A stretch of 64,000 bases of DNA from Octopus sinensis (lineage: Eukaryota), in NCBI RefSeq assembly GCF_006345805.1, contig NC_043001.1, positions 95,852,001 to 95,916,000 of the forward strand. The letters are read 5' to 3'. The position numbers and the translations under genes are program-made. This document shows, piece by piece, positions 41,998-55,613 of this stretch. The notes under the pieces are model-generated. The model saw only the letters and a list, made by a program, of their open reading frames with translations, was not told the DNA's origin and did no database searches. The number at the start of each line of letters is the position of its first letter. The stretch's first letter is position 1.

Positions 41998-43090
41998 CAT
42001 GCCATTACAGTTACTGCGTTGATCACTTATATAGATTCTATAACTAGCTGCTTTCCTTAATTTGTGATACATAATTCCTATTGCTTATAATACTCTATTA
42101 TCTCCAGCTCTAGTTTATTTCGTCTGCTATCATCGTAGGACGATAGAATTAGTACCAGGTGGCATTGACGTCTTTGCATAATATATGATGGCTATAGATT
42201 GAAAATATTTGATAACTTATTTGCTCAATTATTGATGACAAAGGGTCGTTGGACATCAAACCATATCTTCCAGACGTGTAGATAATTAAAATAAATATTT
42301 TGCAGCGTTTCTTTTTATATCGCTGCCTAAAGTCTATATTCATATTTCACATTGATGCTTTTCGTCTAATCACCCTTTAAGTTAGATGTAGTACTGATGA
42401 ACTATATTTGCATTGATTATTCCCAAACTATTGTTTGAATTATAAAACAACTTGTAAGCATTCTAAGACAGTCTCAATTCATATCATTAATATTTTTTAA
42501 TCTTTTTCAGATGAAACCGTATATCTTCATAACTTAAAATATGATTATATTACAAAATCGACCAACAACGAAACTAATTCTTTGTTTCACTTGTCATTAG
42601 TTTTCCATAAATTCAGACTAACAACAGAATGTTGAATGTAATAACGACGTTATTTTTCAATTAGTTTGTTCGTTGTTAGGAGGATGAATAGCTCAATTGA
42701 TAACTTATCCTAATGCATCGTAGTGTTGCAGTCTATGCGGATCAATTTACTTTCTCCTGCAGCTCTTTAGCATCAGCGCTTACTATTATTTAATTGTTCT
42801 CAAGTTTAATTTGACTTCATCACAAAGCAGCTGCTTAAATAATTCTGGCAGATACTTTGCAACATTTAGGAAAATAACAAATGATGGAACTATGCAATAA
42901 ATAACGAGCGGGGACATCAATTTCATTCAATAAGTAAAGTACGAGTTTCTATTATTGAAATGAAACAAAACTTTCTTTCTCACTTAATATCAGAGAGATA
43001 GGTGAGCCAATTTGAATATCATTGCGCAGATATTTACTCTTATTGGTTATGAAGTAATATATATATGTATGTATGTATGTGTGTGTGTAA

Positions 43091-43266
43091 GGCGTAATGA
43101 TTCAGTGGTTAGGGCAGCAGACTCGCAGTAGTAGGATCGCTGTTTCGATTCCCAGACGTGTGCGTGTTTATTGAACGAAAACACCTAAAACAATGCGAAC
43201 CGCATTGTGACCAGCAATGTGTAGCAACATCTGATAGACTAGTCGGTCATGGTGATCACGGAGATA
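43091..43266 (+). mobile_element. tRNA-derived SINE family C, internally deleted copy
   Basis: A box TGATTCAGTGG and B box GTTTCGATTCC. Body matches the reverse complement of 63551-63802 apart from a 127-bp deletion. Confidence 0.82.
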
Positions 43267-44014
43267 TCTATATTTACCCAAACATACACACATACAAACA
43301 CCCACACACACGCACACACACACACACATACACACACACACATATATATTTATATATATTTACGTCATGCTCTCTATTTAGGTTAGGGTTTATTAAAGAG
43401 TCTAGGGACTAGGATATTCAAGCTCACTCACTATCTCTCCTCTATTGCTTATGCATAACAGAAATTGTAGATAGATGGATTTCTAATATCTCACCTGCTA
43501 TGTCTAAATATAATTGAATGAAAAAATATGCACTTTACGTGCATGATTCAGTAACTACTTGTATTAGTGTTTATGAGGCGCGTGAGGCACATGTGTGTGT
43601 GTAAATACGCCTTTACATGTGTGTATTTATATATATATATATATGGGTGGGTAGATCATTTGCTTTAGCTGTCTTATATTAATTAACTGATCAGTTTCAC
43701 AATTGTCTTGACAATATCTAAACTTTTTCCGAGCAGATGGATTTAGATCAATCGCATTCTCTCACCATAAAACGCTGTTACACATATAAATTTCACTTCA
43801 TATCATGAAGGTGATACCACCAACTTTTAGAAATTCTGGTTGTAGGTGTTAACACATTCATTCTTCCAACCGAAAAGTGAGGGTGTTTTTCAAAATTTTG
43901 AGAAAAACGTTATGAAAAATAAAATGTTATACATAGTCATGATTTAAATGCGGCATTAGGCACTCACACACACATATATATATATAAGTGCATGTGTGTG
44001 TGTGCGTCTGTGTG

Positions 44015-44130
44015 TAACCACATCAAGACTATAGTAGAAGACACTAACCCAAGGTGCAACACAGTGGGACTGAACCCGGAACCATGTGCTTCGTAAGCTA
44101 CCTACTTACCACACAGCCACTCCTACCTTT
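44015..44130 (-). mobile_element. 5' head of SINE family B
   Basis: Minus: GGAGTGGCTGTGTGGTAAGTAGGTAGC…CATGGTTCCGGGTTCAGTCCCACTGTG. Confidence 0.8.
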
Positions 44131-44135
44131 CTAAC

Positions 44136-44895
44136 ATGGAAGTATCCAAAGAGTATGTGATGCACATGATACTTTATGTGTACAAAAAGTAATCTCTACA
44201 GCCGAAGCTACTCCAAACATGCACTTAGTTTCTGGGAAAGAATGCTTGAATGAAATAAATTGTAGAAGATCCTCTGCAAATTTCAGAAGTGGAGGATTCG
44301 GCCTTGAAGATGAAGATCGAACAGGATGTCCAGTTGAGTTTGATGATAAGCTCCTTGAGGCATTACTTGAAGAAAATCCTGCTTTATCAGTCGAAGAATT
44401 GGCAATAAAGCTTAGTTCACACCATACAACTGTTCATTGTCATCTTCAACATTTCGGAAAGGTTCCTAAACTTGGAAAATGGGCGCCTCATGAATTGTCC
44501 GAAAGAAACCGCAAATCCGGAGTTAACATCTGCTCTTCTCTCTATTCTCTTGAACTCATTTCACCCTTTTCCGATAGACTTTTGACTGGTGACGAAAAAT
44601 GGATCTATCGAAATGATAAACGTCTGAAGCAGTGGCTTGGTAAGAGGGACAAAGCACAACCGAGAAGGGAACTTCATGGAAAAAAGGTTCTTCTCCCTAT
44701 CTGGTGGGATTGCAAAGGAGTAATTCACTTTGAATTGTTACCACCTAATGCAACAATCAATGCTCAAGTCTACTGTCAATAATTAGACCGTTTGTACCAA
44801 GCTTTGACGAAAAATAGAACCCGCTTTAGTGAATCGAAAAGGAGCGATGTTTCATCAGGACAACGCTCGACCACACGCTGCAAAGATCACATCAC
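44136..44895 (+). mobile_element. Mariner transposase pseudogene, 3'-truncated by a Dong element
   Basis: ORF 44219-44782 has GKWAPHEL (WVPHEL), LLTGDEKWI (first catalytic D) and KKVLLPIWWDCKGVIHFELL. After a +1 shift it reads VNRKGAMFHQDNARPHAAKIT (second D). The third D and the right TIR are absent. Confidence 0.92.
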
Positions 44896-46806
44896 AGAGG
44901 AACTCATGAAAACCAAAGCCATCCCAATTAGGAGAGGAATATTCCAAGGAGACACGCTCTCTCCACTCCTTTTCTGCTTGGCACTGTCACCTCTATCTGA
45001 TATGCTAAATAGAACTGGATGCGGATATAAATGTTACGGCAAAACGACCAGCCACCTTTTATATATGGATGACCTAAAACTATACGCTGTAAATGACAGA
45101 CAACTGGAAACTCTATTAAAGACAGTTCATGGATTTACCAAAGAAATAGATATGAAATTTGGATTAGAAAAATGCGACAAAGTAACCATGAAAAGAGGAA
45201 AACTAGTTAAGAGTAACAACATCACACTAGATAAAACCAATGAAATAAAAGAATTAGACCAAAGCCAAACTTACAAATACTTAGGAATCCATGAACTAGA
45301 TAAGACACAACACACACAAATGAAAGAGAAAATAAAAAAAAGAATATTATAGACGAGTTAGATCAATACTAAAACAGAGCTCAATGCTAAAAACAAGATA
45401 ATAGGTATTAACACTTTAGCTGTCCCAGTTATAAGTTACAGCTACAATATCCTTAACTGGACACTAAATGAACTGACCAAAATAGATAGGAAAACAAGAA
45501 AAATAATGACAGGATCTAGGATGCATCACCCAAAATCTGACATAGAAAGACTATATATACAACGTATAGAAGGTGGTAGAGGCCTTATACAGCTGGAAAA
45601 CTACTATAAAATAACCACCATAGGACTGCAAAAATATCTACTTCAGAAGGAAGGAAAACTGATACGAATAGCGGCAAAACACGAGCAAAACAAAAAACTG
45701 TTCTCAGTATTTAAGGAAGCTGACAAATACCAACAAGAAATCATACCACCTAATAAATATGAAGAAGAAGAAGAAGAAGAAGAAGAAGAAGAAGAAGAAG
45801 AAGAAGAAGAAGAAAGAAGAAGAAGAAGAGAAGAAGAAGAAGAAAGAAGAGAAGAAGAAGAAGAGGAAGAAGAAGAAGAAACAACAAAAGCTATAAAACA
45901 AATGAAATCCAAACTAAAAATAGAACAGCAACGAACCATGATAAAACGATGGCAAGAAAAGCCCCCTTCATGGTAAATACTGGACTAAACTAAACGCAAA
46001 AGAAATAGACAAAGAAAAATCACAGCAATGGTTGAGAAGCTCAGGACTCAAAGCAGAGACAGTGGGATTTTTAATTGCAGCACAAGACCAAAGCCCACCA
46101 GAAATTACCAAAAACATGTAATGAAAAGAAATATAACAAGTAACTGCAGAATATGTGGAGATGGACAAGAAGCAATAAATCATATTATCTCTGGCTGCCC
46201 AGTCCTGGCTAAGAAGGAATATAATCACAGACATGACAGAGTTGGAACCTACATAAACAGGAAGCCATGCCAACATTATGGAATAACAACAGAAAAAAAA
46301 TGGTATAGGCACACACCAGAAAAGGTCACAGAAAACGAGAAAGCAACCATACTCTGGGATATGCCGATACACACAGATAGAGAAATTAAGGCCAACAGAC
46401 CAGATATAGTTGTCAGAGATCATGAAAAAAAAATGCTTTCTAATTGATGTATCAATACCGGCATATGACAACGTGTCTCTAAAAGAAATGGAGAAACTTT
46501 CAAAATATAAAGACCTGGAAATAGTGGTAACCAAAATGTGGAATCTAAAAACAGAAACAATTCCTATCATAGTAGGTGCATTAGGCATGATAAAAAAATA
46601 TTCAGACAAATACATAACAAAAACACCAAGACTTACAAACACATATAACATACAGAAAATTGCACTACTAGGCACTACACACATCCTACGCACACATCCA
46701 TACAATAACCATCAGAGCATCACAACAAATCACAGCACATACCTAAGGCACACAGAGCTGCGCTCGGTAGTGAAGTGAAAGTACGCTATAAAAATAAAAC
46801 TACTGA
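44895..46806 (+). mobile_element. 5'-truncated R4/Dong subfamily B element: RT domains 4-7, CCHC, REL endonuclease, 3' UTR, TAA tail
   Basis: RRGIFQGDTLSPLLF, HLLYMDDLKLY, CRICGDGQEAINHIISGCPVLAKKEYNHRHDRV, LWDMPIHTDREIKANRPDIV, LIDVSIP…KEMEKLSKYKDL, IPIIVGALG. The main frameshifts fall in A or C homopolymers. Confidence 0.95.
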
Positions 46807-46823
46807 ATAATAATAATAATAAC

Positions 46824-46887
<64 letters not shown>

Positions 46888-46989
46888 GTAATAATAATAA
46901 TAATAATAATTAATATTATTATTATTGTTATTATTATCATTATTATTATCATTTTTTTCAGAATCGGTACAGTGTTTGAAATCTTTCGG

Positions 46990-47150
46990 GAGGAGCTGTC
47001 GATTACCTCGGATCCAGTCTTTGACTAGTTCTTATTTTGTCGACCATGAAAAATGAAAGGCGAAAGCGAGCTCGGCGGGAATTTGAACGTAAAGCAAGAA
47101 ATGTACCTTTGCATTTTGGCTGGTTTGCTAACGACTCTGCCAGGTCGATG
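46990..47150 (-). mobile_element. SINE family A, degenerate
   Basis: TTTGTCGACC…AAAATGAAAGGCGAAAG…CTCGGCGGGAATTTGAAC…GCATTTTGG…GCTAACGACTCTGCCAG. Confidence 0.65.
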
Positions 47151-47153
47151 AAC

Positions 47154-47213
<60 letters not shown>

Positions 47214-47298
47214 TGATGATGAAGATAATAATGATAATAACAAAAGCAACAACAGCAACACTAATAATAATAACAACAACAACACAACAACAACAATA

Positions 47299-47361
<63 letters not shown>

Positions 47362-49802
47362 AATAATAATAATAAGAGTTCCTACTATACTTTCAATATT
47401 TTGCGTAGCGCAAAAGGCGAAAATATTCAAATTAAAATATATACTTATATTATATGGCGAATGATGTTCAACAGAAATAACGATACGAAAGATATTGCTC
47501 TAATTTATTTTGCCACATGCCCTTTGGGACATAAAATGTCGTTACACGATTACATTTTCCCTTCACCTCTACATATAAGAACATGTCTATACATCTTTAG
47601 AAGCCATCGATATAATAAATATGTTTCCTCCGTTAATGCCATTTTTGCATTGGGAATTTCATAAATTACGTTTCTTACGCAAAGATATCCCAACATAGAT
47701 ATTGATCTGTAATTAACAGATACTCCAGCCAAAAGATTAAATTGAATTTCAACTTGAAGATGATGTTGTCTTTGAACATTTTATTGAATACCTATTTTTG
47801 AAATAAACATCAAAGTGACACATAAACTAAAAACCAAATCTAAGACATTTTTGCCAATAGATAAAAATGTATCCTGCGGTAGATAGTATTATTATCATTT
47901 TTAGCCATTGGCAACTCTGCTCAGGAGTTTTAGCAACTAAATTACATTCCTTGCGACACGACAAATTGAAACACTACAGAAGTTTCTCTAGTAACATAAC
48001 GCTTCAGCCATCTAGAATATGATTATTCCACTGATATTCATAAGCACGGAAAACCAGCACAGAATTAGACACAGAATCAAATCAGATATAATCTAAATAT
48101 ATGGATAGTTATTTACTCAAAATATGGAGTCTGCTCGATAATTATGTAATATTCATTATCTATTTGGCACATCAAGATAGTCAATGAGTAAACCGGCACC
48201 AATATGTGATGTGCATTTTTTTTGTGTGTTTTGCTTTTAATATATAGGCAATTATGCTGTCTGGTTTATTACATTATTTTTTAGCATTCCTTTCATGCTG
48301 AATTTTCTATTAGAATATTAAAATTATTTTCCACCGTCTATATTATGCTTATGAATAGGTTCTATATCTGTGTAATTACTTTAGTTAACGACAGACAATA
48401 CTAAATTATCGATTGCTATATTGATATATTTTTATTTTTGAATAATGTATTTTTTCTTTCTTAAATTTTAAATGACTTGGCTACTGTACCATTTGATAAC
48501 ATAAATAGTAGCTACTTTAACTGGTCTGCAACGTTTTCAAAAGGTCCTATGCTGTCCATACTTCGGTTTCATGTTAAATAACCGGAAATTAATTTCATGT
48601 CATCTTCACAACGACTGACGTTACCTGTAAGCGACTTGTATTGTTCAAGCTTTTAAGTTTTCTTATCTAATGAAAGTACCATATAGTTATGTATATCGTC
48701 GCCAGTGTGAAATTAGAACGATTCAGAACTAAAGAAAATTCTTATAAAGTTTAAGTGTCATCACAGAAAACAAACCTGTCTAAACTGAACGAAAGAAAAA
48801 GAATATTAATCATTCTTTGATCCTTATCATTCAACCTAATTATAGGGAGGTTAATTCTGCGTCCTAAAGTATGATATATGAAGTGCTTCCTTCTTTGTCT
48901 GTAAACCCATTTCATCTATATTGGATCTTAGAAGAGAACATTATAAGACACATCAATATTTATCTTGCTGATGATCTGTTTTCATAATATGGAATTTAGC
49001 CTAAAATAATTGAAACTACACTGATTGAATGAAGTCTTCCTATATTTACATATATTTATGTTAGTAATTTGCAAATATAACTATATCAAATTTTTTAAAA
49101 AATGGGATTGTTAACGGTCTGGATAAACACAGACCTGATTGGTTTCTTTTTTTTATCCTTGATTTATTTCACAGCTTTAGGAATGTTACTAGTTGAATTC
49201 TATCATTAATGAGTAGATGGTAACTGAGAATTACCAACACTCCTCTCCCGCTGTTTACAGTCAGACGGATTTCAATATAGTACATTCGGAAGAAAATAAT
49301 GTGTAGCTTGTTTGCGCGTAAAACAGTTTTGCCACTTAGTGGAAGGAAGGAATTTGAAAATTTATGTACACCTAAAGTCGTTAACGCTTGATTTATAGAT
49401 GTAATTTCACGAAATGTTTTTTCATATTAAATTGGTTTTAGGTAATTGGCTACTTGAACAAATCAGTAGTATGTATTACAGAAAGGCATCTTCTTACTCC
49501 CTAAATTCACCCATTCATTTCCTATGGAGTCCAAAAAGTAAGACAAAAAATATACATAATAACCAACAAAACTTATGCTACTTCCTAACAGCAAACACGA
49601 TATATATCATTAACCTTTTGACTGAGTAATTAAATTTTATAGTAATTACACTAATGATGTTAATTATTCACCCAAAACAGAATTGTTATTTTCTGCAATT
49701 ATAATATATTTTTGTCTGTCGTGTAGGTACAGTTTTTGTATCTAGCATTAAGCTATAGGATTCCTGCTCTGTAAAATGATGCTTGTTGAAATATATAGAA
49801 CT

Positions 49803-50185
49803 ACTAGCAGTATCGCCCGGCGTTGCTTGGGTTTGTTTCAACCCTTTAGAATTAGAATGTTTGAAAAGTAACACGTTTGCCTTATGTAGCGTGTTTCTGT
49901 AAGTTAACCCTTTTTTTGGTTGAAATATACCGAAAAATGGCGACACAGCAATAAAAAAATCGTTAAAAATAGGGATTTTCATTAAAAAATCACCTTTGTG
50001 ATATAAATAATGCTTGGTCTTAACACGGTCCGATTTGAATTTTATTTCCTACGGAATGAAGAGCAAGCCTTTTTCTATCATACTCTCAATTTTGGTCAAG
50101 TTCCTCCGCAGGGTCTCGAAGGGGATAGTGTTATTTGAAGGCTACCAAACCTGCCACACACAGACAACTTCAGATTAATAATATC
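49803..50185 (+). mobile_element. Non-autonomous Helitron/DINE(HINE)-like element
   Basis: Starts ACTAGCAGTATCGCCCGGCGTTGCTTGGG (subterminal inverted repeat) and ends in a CACACACAGACAACTTCAG…TAATAT motif. The family call rests on recalled pattern only. Confidence 0.5.
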
Positions 50186-51039
50186 TGAAAAAACTGTATG
50201 TAGTAAAATGCGTCGCTGCGGATGTCATTGTTTGTTGCAACCTGCGTTGTGTGGTAACAAAGCTCTCCGCAGTCAACTATAATAACATTTTGAGAGAGTA
50301 TATCGGTTTCACAGGATTTGAGGTTGAATACGCAACAAAAAAATATCAAAAATATGAAGAAACTATCTTTCCTAGTAATAGATTATTTGCTTAATTTATT
50401 ATACAGGATTTTGTTTGTTGAATATTGAATATATTCCCTGCTAAATATTTGTACATGCAAAACATGAAATTATATTTTAATGTCGTATTGTCTCATTGCG
50501 AGTTGTTTGAAACGCAGAGAATTTATTTCTTTTCTTCGTCTCTCGATATACATTCTGTAACTTTCATGGAAAACTGTTTAATTCAAGATATTCTATAAAT
50601 TGAATTTCAATTTCAAATTTCTCGAATTAATTTTCCATAAATTTATCACATTTTGTCATTTTAGCTGATCTCCTGGATTCGCATATCTTCATTCTCTTTT
50701 GTCTATTCTTTCTAATTTTCGTTTAAACTATTACAAAATACTAAATTTATGAGAATATTTCAATGGCATGAGCGTCTTGTTTTGATAATTTTATTGTTAG
50801 TATTAAGGTCGCTGTAAAGCGAAGAAATGTTAGAGTGACTAAGCGCGCGAGAAATATACCTTCGGATTTCAGCTTAACTGCTTTTAAATTTGGTTCTAAA
50901 TCACATTAAATTAACATTTGTATCTTCCTATCTTCAACTCTTAGAAGATAAATAATATATTTAGTAGTTAAACAATATATTTACAATAAAACGCAAATAT
51001 TCTCTGTGCCTGTGAAATCTTCTATCCCTGCCGTAAGGT

Positions 51040-51632
51040 TTTATTTCCACATACGCCAGCTTAATTCATTTCGTGGTTGCCTGTGTCCATGAGCTGAGCG
51101 GTGATGAGCAAGCAGACCAGCGGAGATTGTGGTTCGTTGATTTTTGTTGTTGTCACTTAAAGCATGCGGAACACATGCTCCAATTTTCTGAACCTTTCCC
51201 ATAGAATGAAGATGCTTCTCTATAGCATTGTGGGAGTATTCTATTTTCTCTGCCATTTCCATTGTCGTTTGAAGAGAATTTTCGTGCAAAAGTGTGTTTA
51301 ATTGCTCTTCATGGAATTCAACTGAATGGCCAGAACAAAGTGCATCTTTGAGGTCAAAATTTCCATTTTGAACTTAGCAAATCAATCACAAGTGGTTCAT
51401 TCAGCTATGGCAACCTACCTCACCAAATACAGCACAAATGGCGTTAGCAGTTTTCGTGGCCTTAGAACCTTGATTAAAAGCAAAAAGGAGGTGTCGAAAA
51501 TGCTGGTTTTTTTCTTAACTTGACATTCCATTTTGATGATGTGAGAACAAACACAAATTAACTAAAATTAAGTAGAATAAAATAGATTCCAAAATTTTTA
51601 AAGCGGCGGGAACTTAGTTGCTAACACAATTC
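51040..51632 (-). mobile_element. Mariner 5' half (TIR + N-terminal transposase), decayed
   Basis: Minus: TIR-like TTGTGTTAGCAACTAAGTTCCCGCCG, then MECQVKK…HFRHLLFAFNQGSKAT…FKNGNFDLKD and ORF 51041-51289 MGKVQKIGACVPHALS. Confidence 0.85.
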
Positions 51633-51634
51633 TG

Positions 51635-51697
<63 letters not shown>

Positions 51698-51743
51698 GAC
51701 ACAGAGACTCACGCACATACATACACCCACATATATACACACG

Positions 51744-51814
<71 letters not shown>

Positions 51815-51867
51815 ATATGTGTGTGTGTATAAGTTTCTATCTATGAATACTTTTAGTCTTTTATCCT

Positions 51868-52238
51868 CTTAGTTTTTCAGTTTTTTTACTGCGGCCATGC
51901 TGGAGCACCGCATTTAGTCGAACTAATAGAACCCAGGACCTATTCGTTGTAAGCCTAGTACTTATTCTACCGGGCACCTTCACTGGACCGCTAAGTTACG
52001 GGAACATTAACATACCAACATCATTTTTCAAGCGATGGGGAGACAAACACAGACACACAAATACATATACACATATATATACGACAGTTTTCTTTCAGTT
52101 TTACACTACCAAATCCACTGACAAGGTTTTGGTCGTCGCGTGGCTATAGCAGAAGGCATACACTCAGGGTGCCCCGCAGTGGTAGTGAACCCGGAAGCAT
52201 GTGCTTGGGAAACAAGTTTCTTTCCATACTACCGCTCC
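51868..52238 (-). mobile_element. SINE family B, near full-length
   Basis: Reverse complement of the 18838-19235 pattern (ACTGCGGCCATGCTGGAGCAC…CCGCTAAGTTACGGG…GAACCCGGAAGCATG). Confidence 0.82.
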
Positions 52239-54211
52239 TATCATATAATTGAATAAAATAATGAAATATAATAACTTATGGAATTTAAATCCTTAATATT
52301 GAATATGTTAATCAATTACAACTATATATTTCAACATATATTTCTGTAGTTAGCAGTTATTATTCCATTGAATAATCTTACATATTCAACAGAAGAGTAG
52401 TTATAATTGACAGCTATCTAAAGTGATGGACATATAAGCAGGTTTGAAGAAGAACGCCACAACACATTATTCAGATATGAATAGATGACATTTGAATTTA
52501 GATGTAGCATATAATATGAGCTCCTTTGCTGAACAGCTACCTATTAATCACTCAGACAACTCCTTCTTCTCTCTCCTTTCTTCTTTCCCTTTCTACACAC
52601 ATACATATATATATATATTGTTCAAGATAGGGAAGGAGAGAGAATCTAAACATACTACACACTGCGAACTCACATTAATAAATAAATACAATATTGAAAT
52701 AATACATTCGTATTCAAAGCATGTCATTTTCAATCCTTACGAAACATTGCCATCGTGTCTCTGTATGTGCGTGTATTTGTATTCTTGTGTGGGTGTATGT
52801 TTGTGTTTGTGATATACATCGACACATCTGACACTGTACATACATCAATGTTCTTCAAATGGCTGTGATTTTATTCCAGTGCTGGAAATTTATGAGTTGA
52901 TGCCAGTGTGCATGTATGTTTCATTATTGTTGCGTTGTTAATCATACACAGAAGCAAGCAGAATTATGTTGACATTTGACATACATAACAACTGCTTGCG
53001 TCTGTTTTTATCTGTGCACGAATCGGAATTACACGTGAAGCATTATGCTCGTCTGTATGTCAAGAAAGGCGCATTTCTACAACGTCATCTGTCAAAATCT
53101 GCAAATGACTACCGGACAAACATCAGCAACTGCCCGACAAAAGAAAAAAAACATCTCAGCTAAATGAAAAACCACTTATTATTTACAATACAGACACCAA
53201 AGAAAATATTCAATTTCACTGTTAAGCTGCTTTTTATTTATGGAATTTGAATTCTTGACAGACGAAATTTATAGGAGCGGTAATGGTCTAAACAACTATG
53301 GTAATATTTAAAAATTAGCATGGGAAAATATTTCCCCAAAGCCACCGGTTCTAACTCATTCCATTAGTTCTAGCAGAAACACGAAGTCACATATTGTATG
53401 GAAGAGAGTTATTCGTTATATTTCCGCCCTTATTTCTTTGACTTTTTTCTTTACCGCGTTGATGACAATGAAATGCAACACATACCTACGCTACTTTAAA
53501 CTGAAAATATAAAAGAATTAACATAGCCTTTATTGAAATATTCTACAGATTCTACTGTCTGATTTAACAACAATATTAACAATTAAATTTTTTATGATTG
53601 GCCCTGTGTCAAACATATTTTCCAGCTGGTGTACTGTCTATTGTAGATTCATTCAAACTTTTATAGTTATTTCTAATAATATATAAAATTGATGCCAAGG
53701 GACAGGTCACGTAATATGGACAAGATTACACCCGATTAAATCGATTCAGTTGGTAAAAGTTTCGACTTGTGAAGGAGGTTTTCTTTACGCTATTCTACGT
53801 AAATGCTAAGCCAGTATATGTTATTATAGCCTATCTCACTCTAATTGTGAACTTTCTAATATCCCTCTAGAAACACATAACGAAAAAGATACCAAATATT
53901 CCCCTTAATACAATATAAAACGAACAACGTAAAATGATACTAGAATATATATTAACACTTGATTGCACATGCGGTTTCAAAGGATATGCGTATTCTTCAA
54001 CACTGAAGAAATGAAGTGTCCTCGACCATTATTTTTACTGGTGGGCATATTTGCAAAAGAATCCTAGCTTTAAATTGTAGAGATGTAAATGATTACGAAG
54101 ACGGAAGAAACATAGAGAATATATAAGATGGAATATTGCAGATTATTATGAACTATAAAAAATTAAATTAAATTAAATGGTTAGCGTAATGAAGAGGAAA
54201 GAGATATAATA

Positions 54212-54478
54212 CAATCCATCGGTTACAACGACGAGGGTTCCATTTGATCCGATCAGATGAATAGCATGCTTGTGAAATTAAGTTGCAAGTGACTGAGCAT
54301 TCTACAGGCACGCTTACTCTTAACGTGCTTTACGTTCTGAGTTCAAATTCCACGGAAGTCGACTTTACTTTTCATCCTTTCGGGTCGATAGATTAAGTAC
54401 CAGTTGCGTACTGGAGTCGATCCGATTGACTGGCCCCTTCTCCCCAAATTTCAGGATTTGTCCCTATAGTAGAAAATA
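54212..54478. mobile_element. Composite: minus-strand SINE/LINE 3' tail (54212-54325) fused to a 5'-truncated plus-strand SINE A (54325-54478)
   Basis: GACGAGGGTTCCA.TTGATCCGATCA…GTGAAATTAA is followed directly by TTACGTTCTGAGTTCAAATTCC…TCATCCTTTCGGGTCGATAGATTAAGTACCAG. Confidence 0.65.
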
Positions 54479-54630
54479 TAACTTTTAGTCTGAGTCATAC
54501 TGACGAAAACTCATCATGCCACTTACTTTCCCTCTCTTTCTCTAGCTATCTACCTATCTCTACATCTCTTTGTATATCCATCTCTCTCTCTATCTCTTTG
54601 CATATATATATATATATATATATGTGTGTG

Positions 54631-54668
<38 letters not shown>

Positions 54669-54685
54669 TACACACACACATATAT

Positions 54686-54748
<63 letters not shown>

Positions 54749-54749
54749 T

Positions 54750-55260
54750 GCCTGCTCCCTCGTTATCGAGTATGCCCATTGCACGAAGCTTAATCAATAT
54801 TGTTATCATGTAATGCCTGTGCAAGAAGATTTTTTTAAAGTGAGGAAAGGCTGCGCACTGAGTCAATCCCACTCTCTAAGCAGCAGCACCCATAATCCGA
54901 AAAGAAGAACAAATCAACATCATCGGTAACCACTGAGCCGCAGGTTTTATGTCGGAGTTATCCCAGTTACCTGGGTTACCTTCTCCTAGAAGGATGCCCA
55001 AACAAAGGCTAGGAGTCCTTCACTCCCAATGGTTTAACTGCGTGATCGGGTACTCAGTCCGATTATTTCTATGTCCCCGCGCATGATACAGCCCTAAGAC
55101 ATTTATTGGATGGCCGTTGACTATCAAGAGTTCCTCCGCCCTTTGACGGGTTTTGTTTTCATCCCGCAGTGTGTCCAAGCTTGGTGGGGCTGCTGGTTTA
55201 GTCGCCGACGACCCGACCATGGAATAGGTTGTACTGGGTTACATGTTACCAGTAGCACTC
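54750..55260 (+). mobile_element. GC-richer repeat resembling the 5' UTR of an RTE-clade LINE
   Basis: CTGGGTTACCTTCTCCTAGAAGGATGCC…AAGGCTAGGAGTCC and GAGTTCCTCCGCCCTTTGACGGG resemble recalled RTE 5' UTR blocks. Bounded by (TA)n and (CA)n. No ORF support. Confidence 0.4.
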
Positions 55261-55280
55261 GAAAGTGTTCTGACACAAAT

Positions 55281-55353
<73 letters not shown>

Positions 55354-55613
55354 GACGCTCGTATATTAATGTTAAAATGTCGTTTGTGAATTAAAATGTA
55401 TATCAAAATAAATTGTACGAGCTTTAATATGGTAAAAACTATACCAGGTCAACATGTAAATTTTAAATTAAAAATAATCGTTATTTTGCGTAATTTACGT
55501 CGCCACTTAATTTAAGAACGATTTGGAAAATTTAATTTTTTGGCGTTATTGTCTAATGGAAAGGTAGGGTAATTTGCATCTAGTTAAAATGTTTAAATTA
55601 CGTCATAGTTGGG

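Noticed and set aside
43091-43160. tRNA gene (A and B boxes)
   Set aside because: No cloverleaf acceptor stem. It continues into a SINE body shared with 63551-63802.
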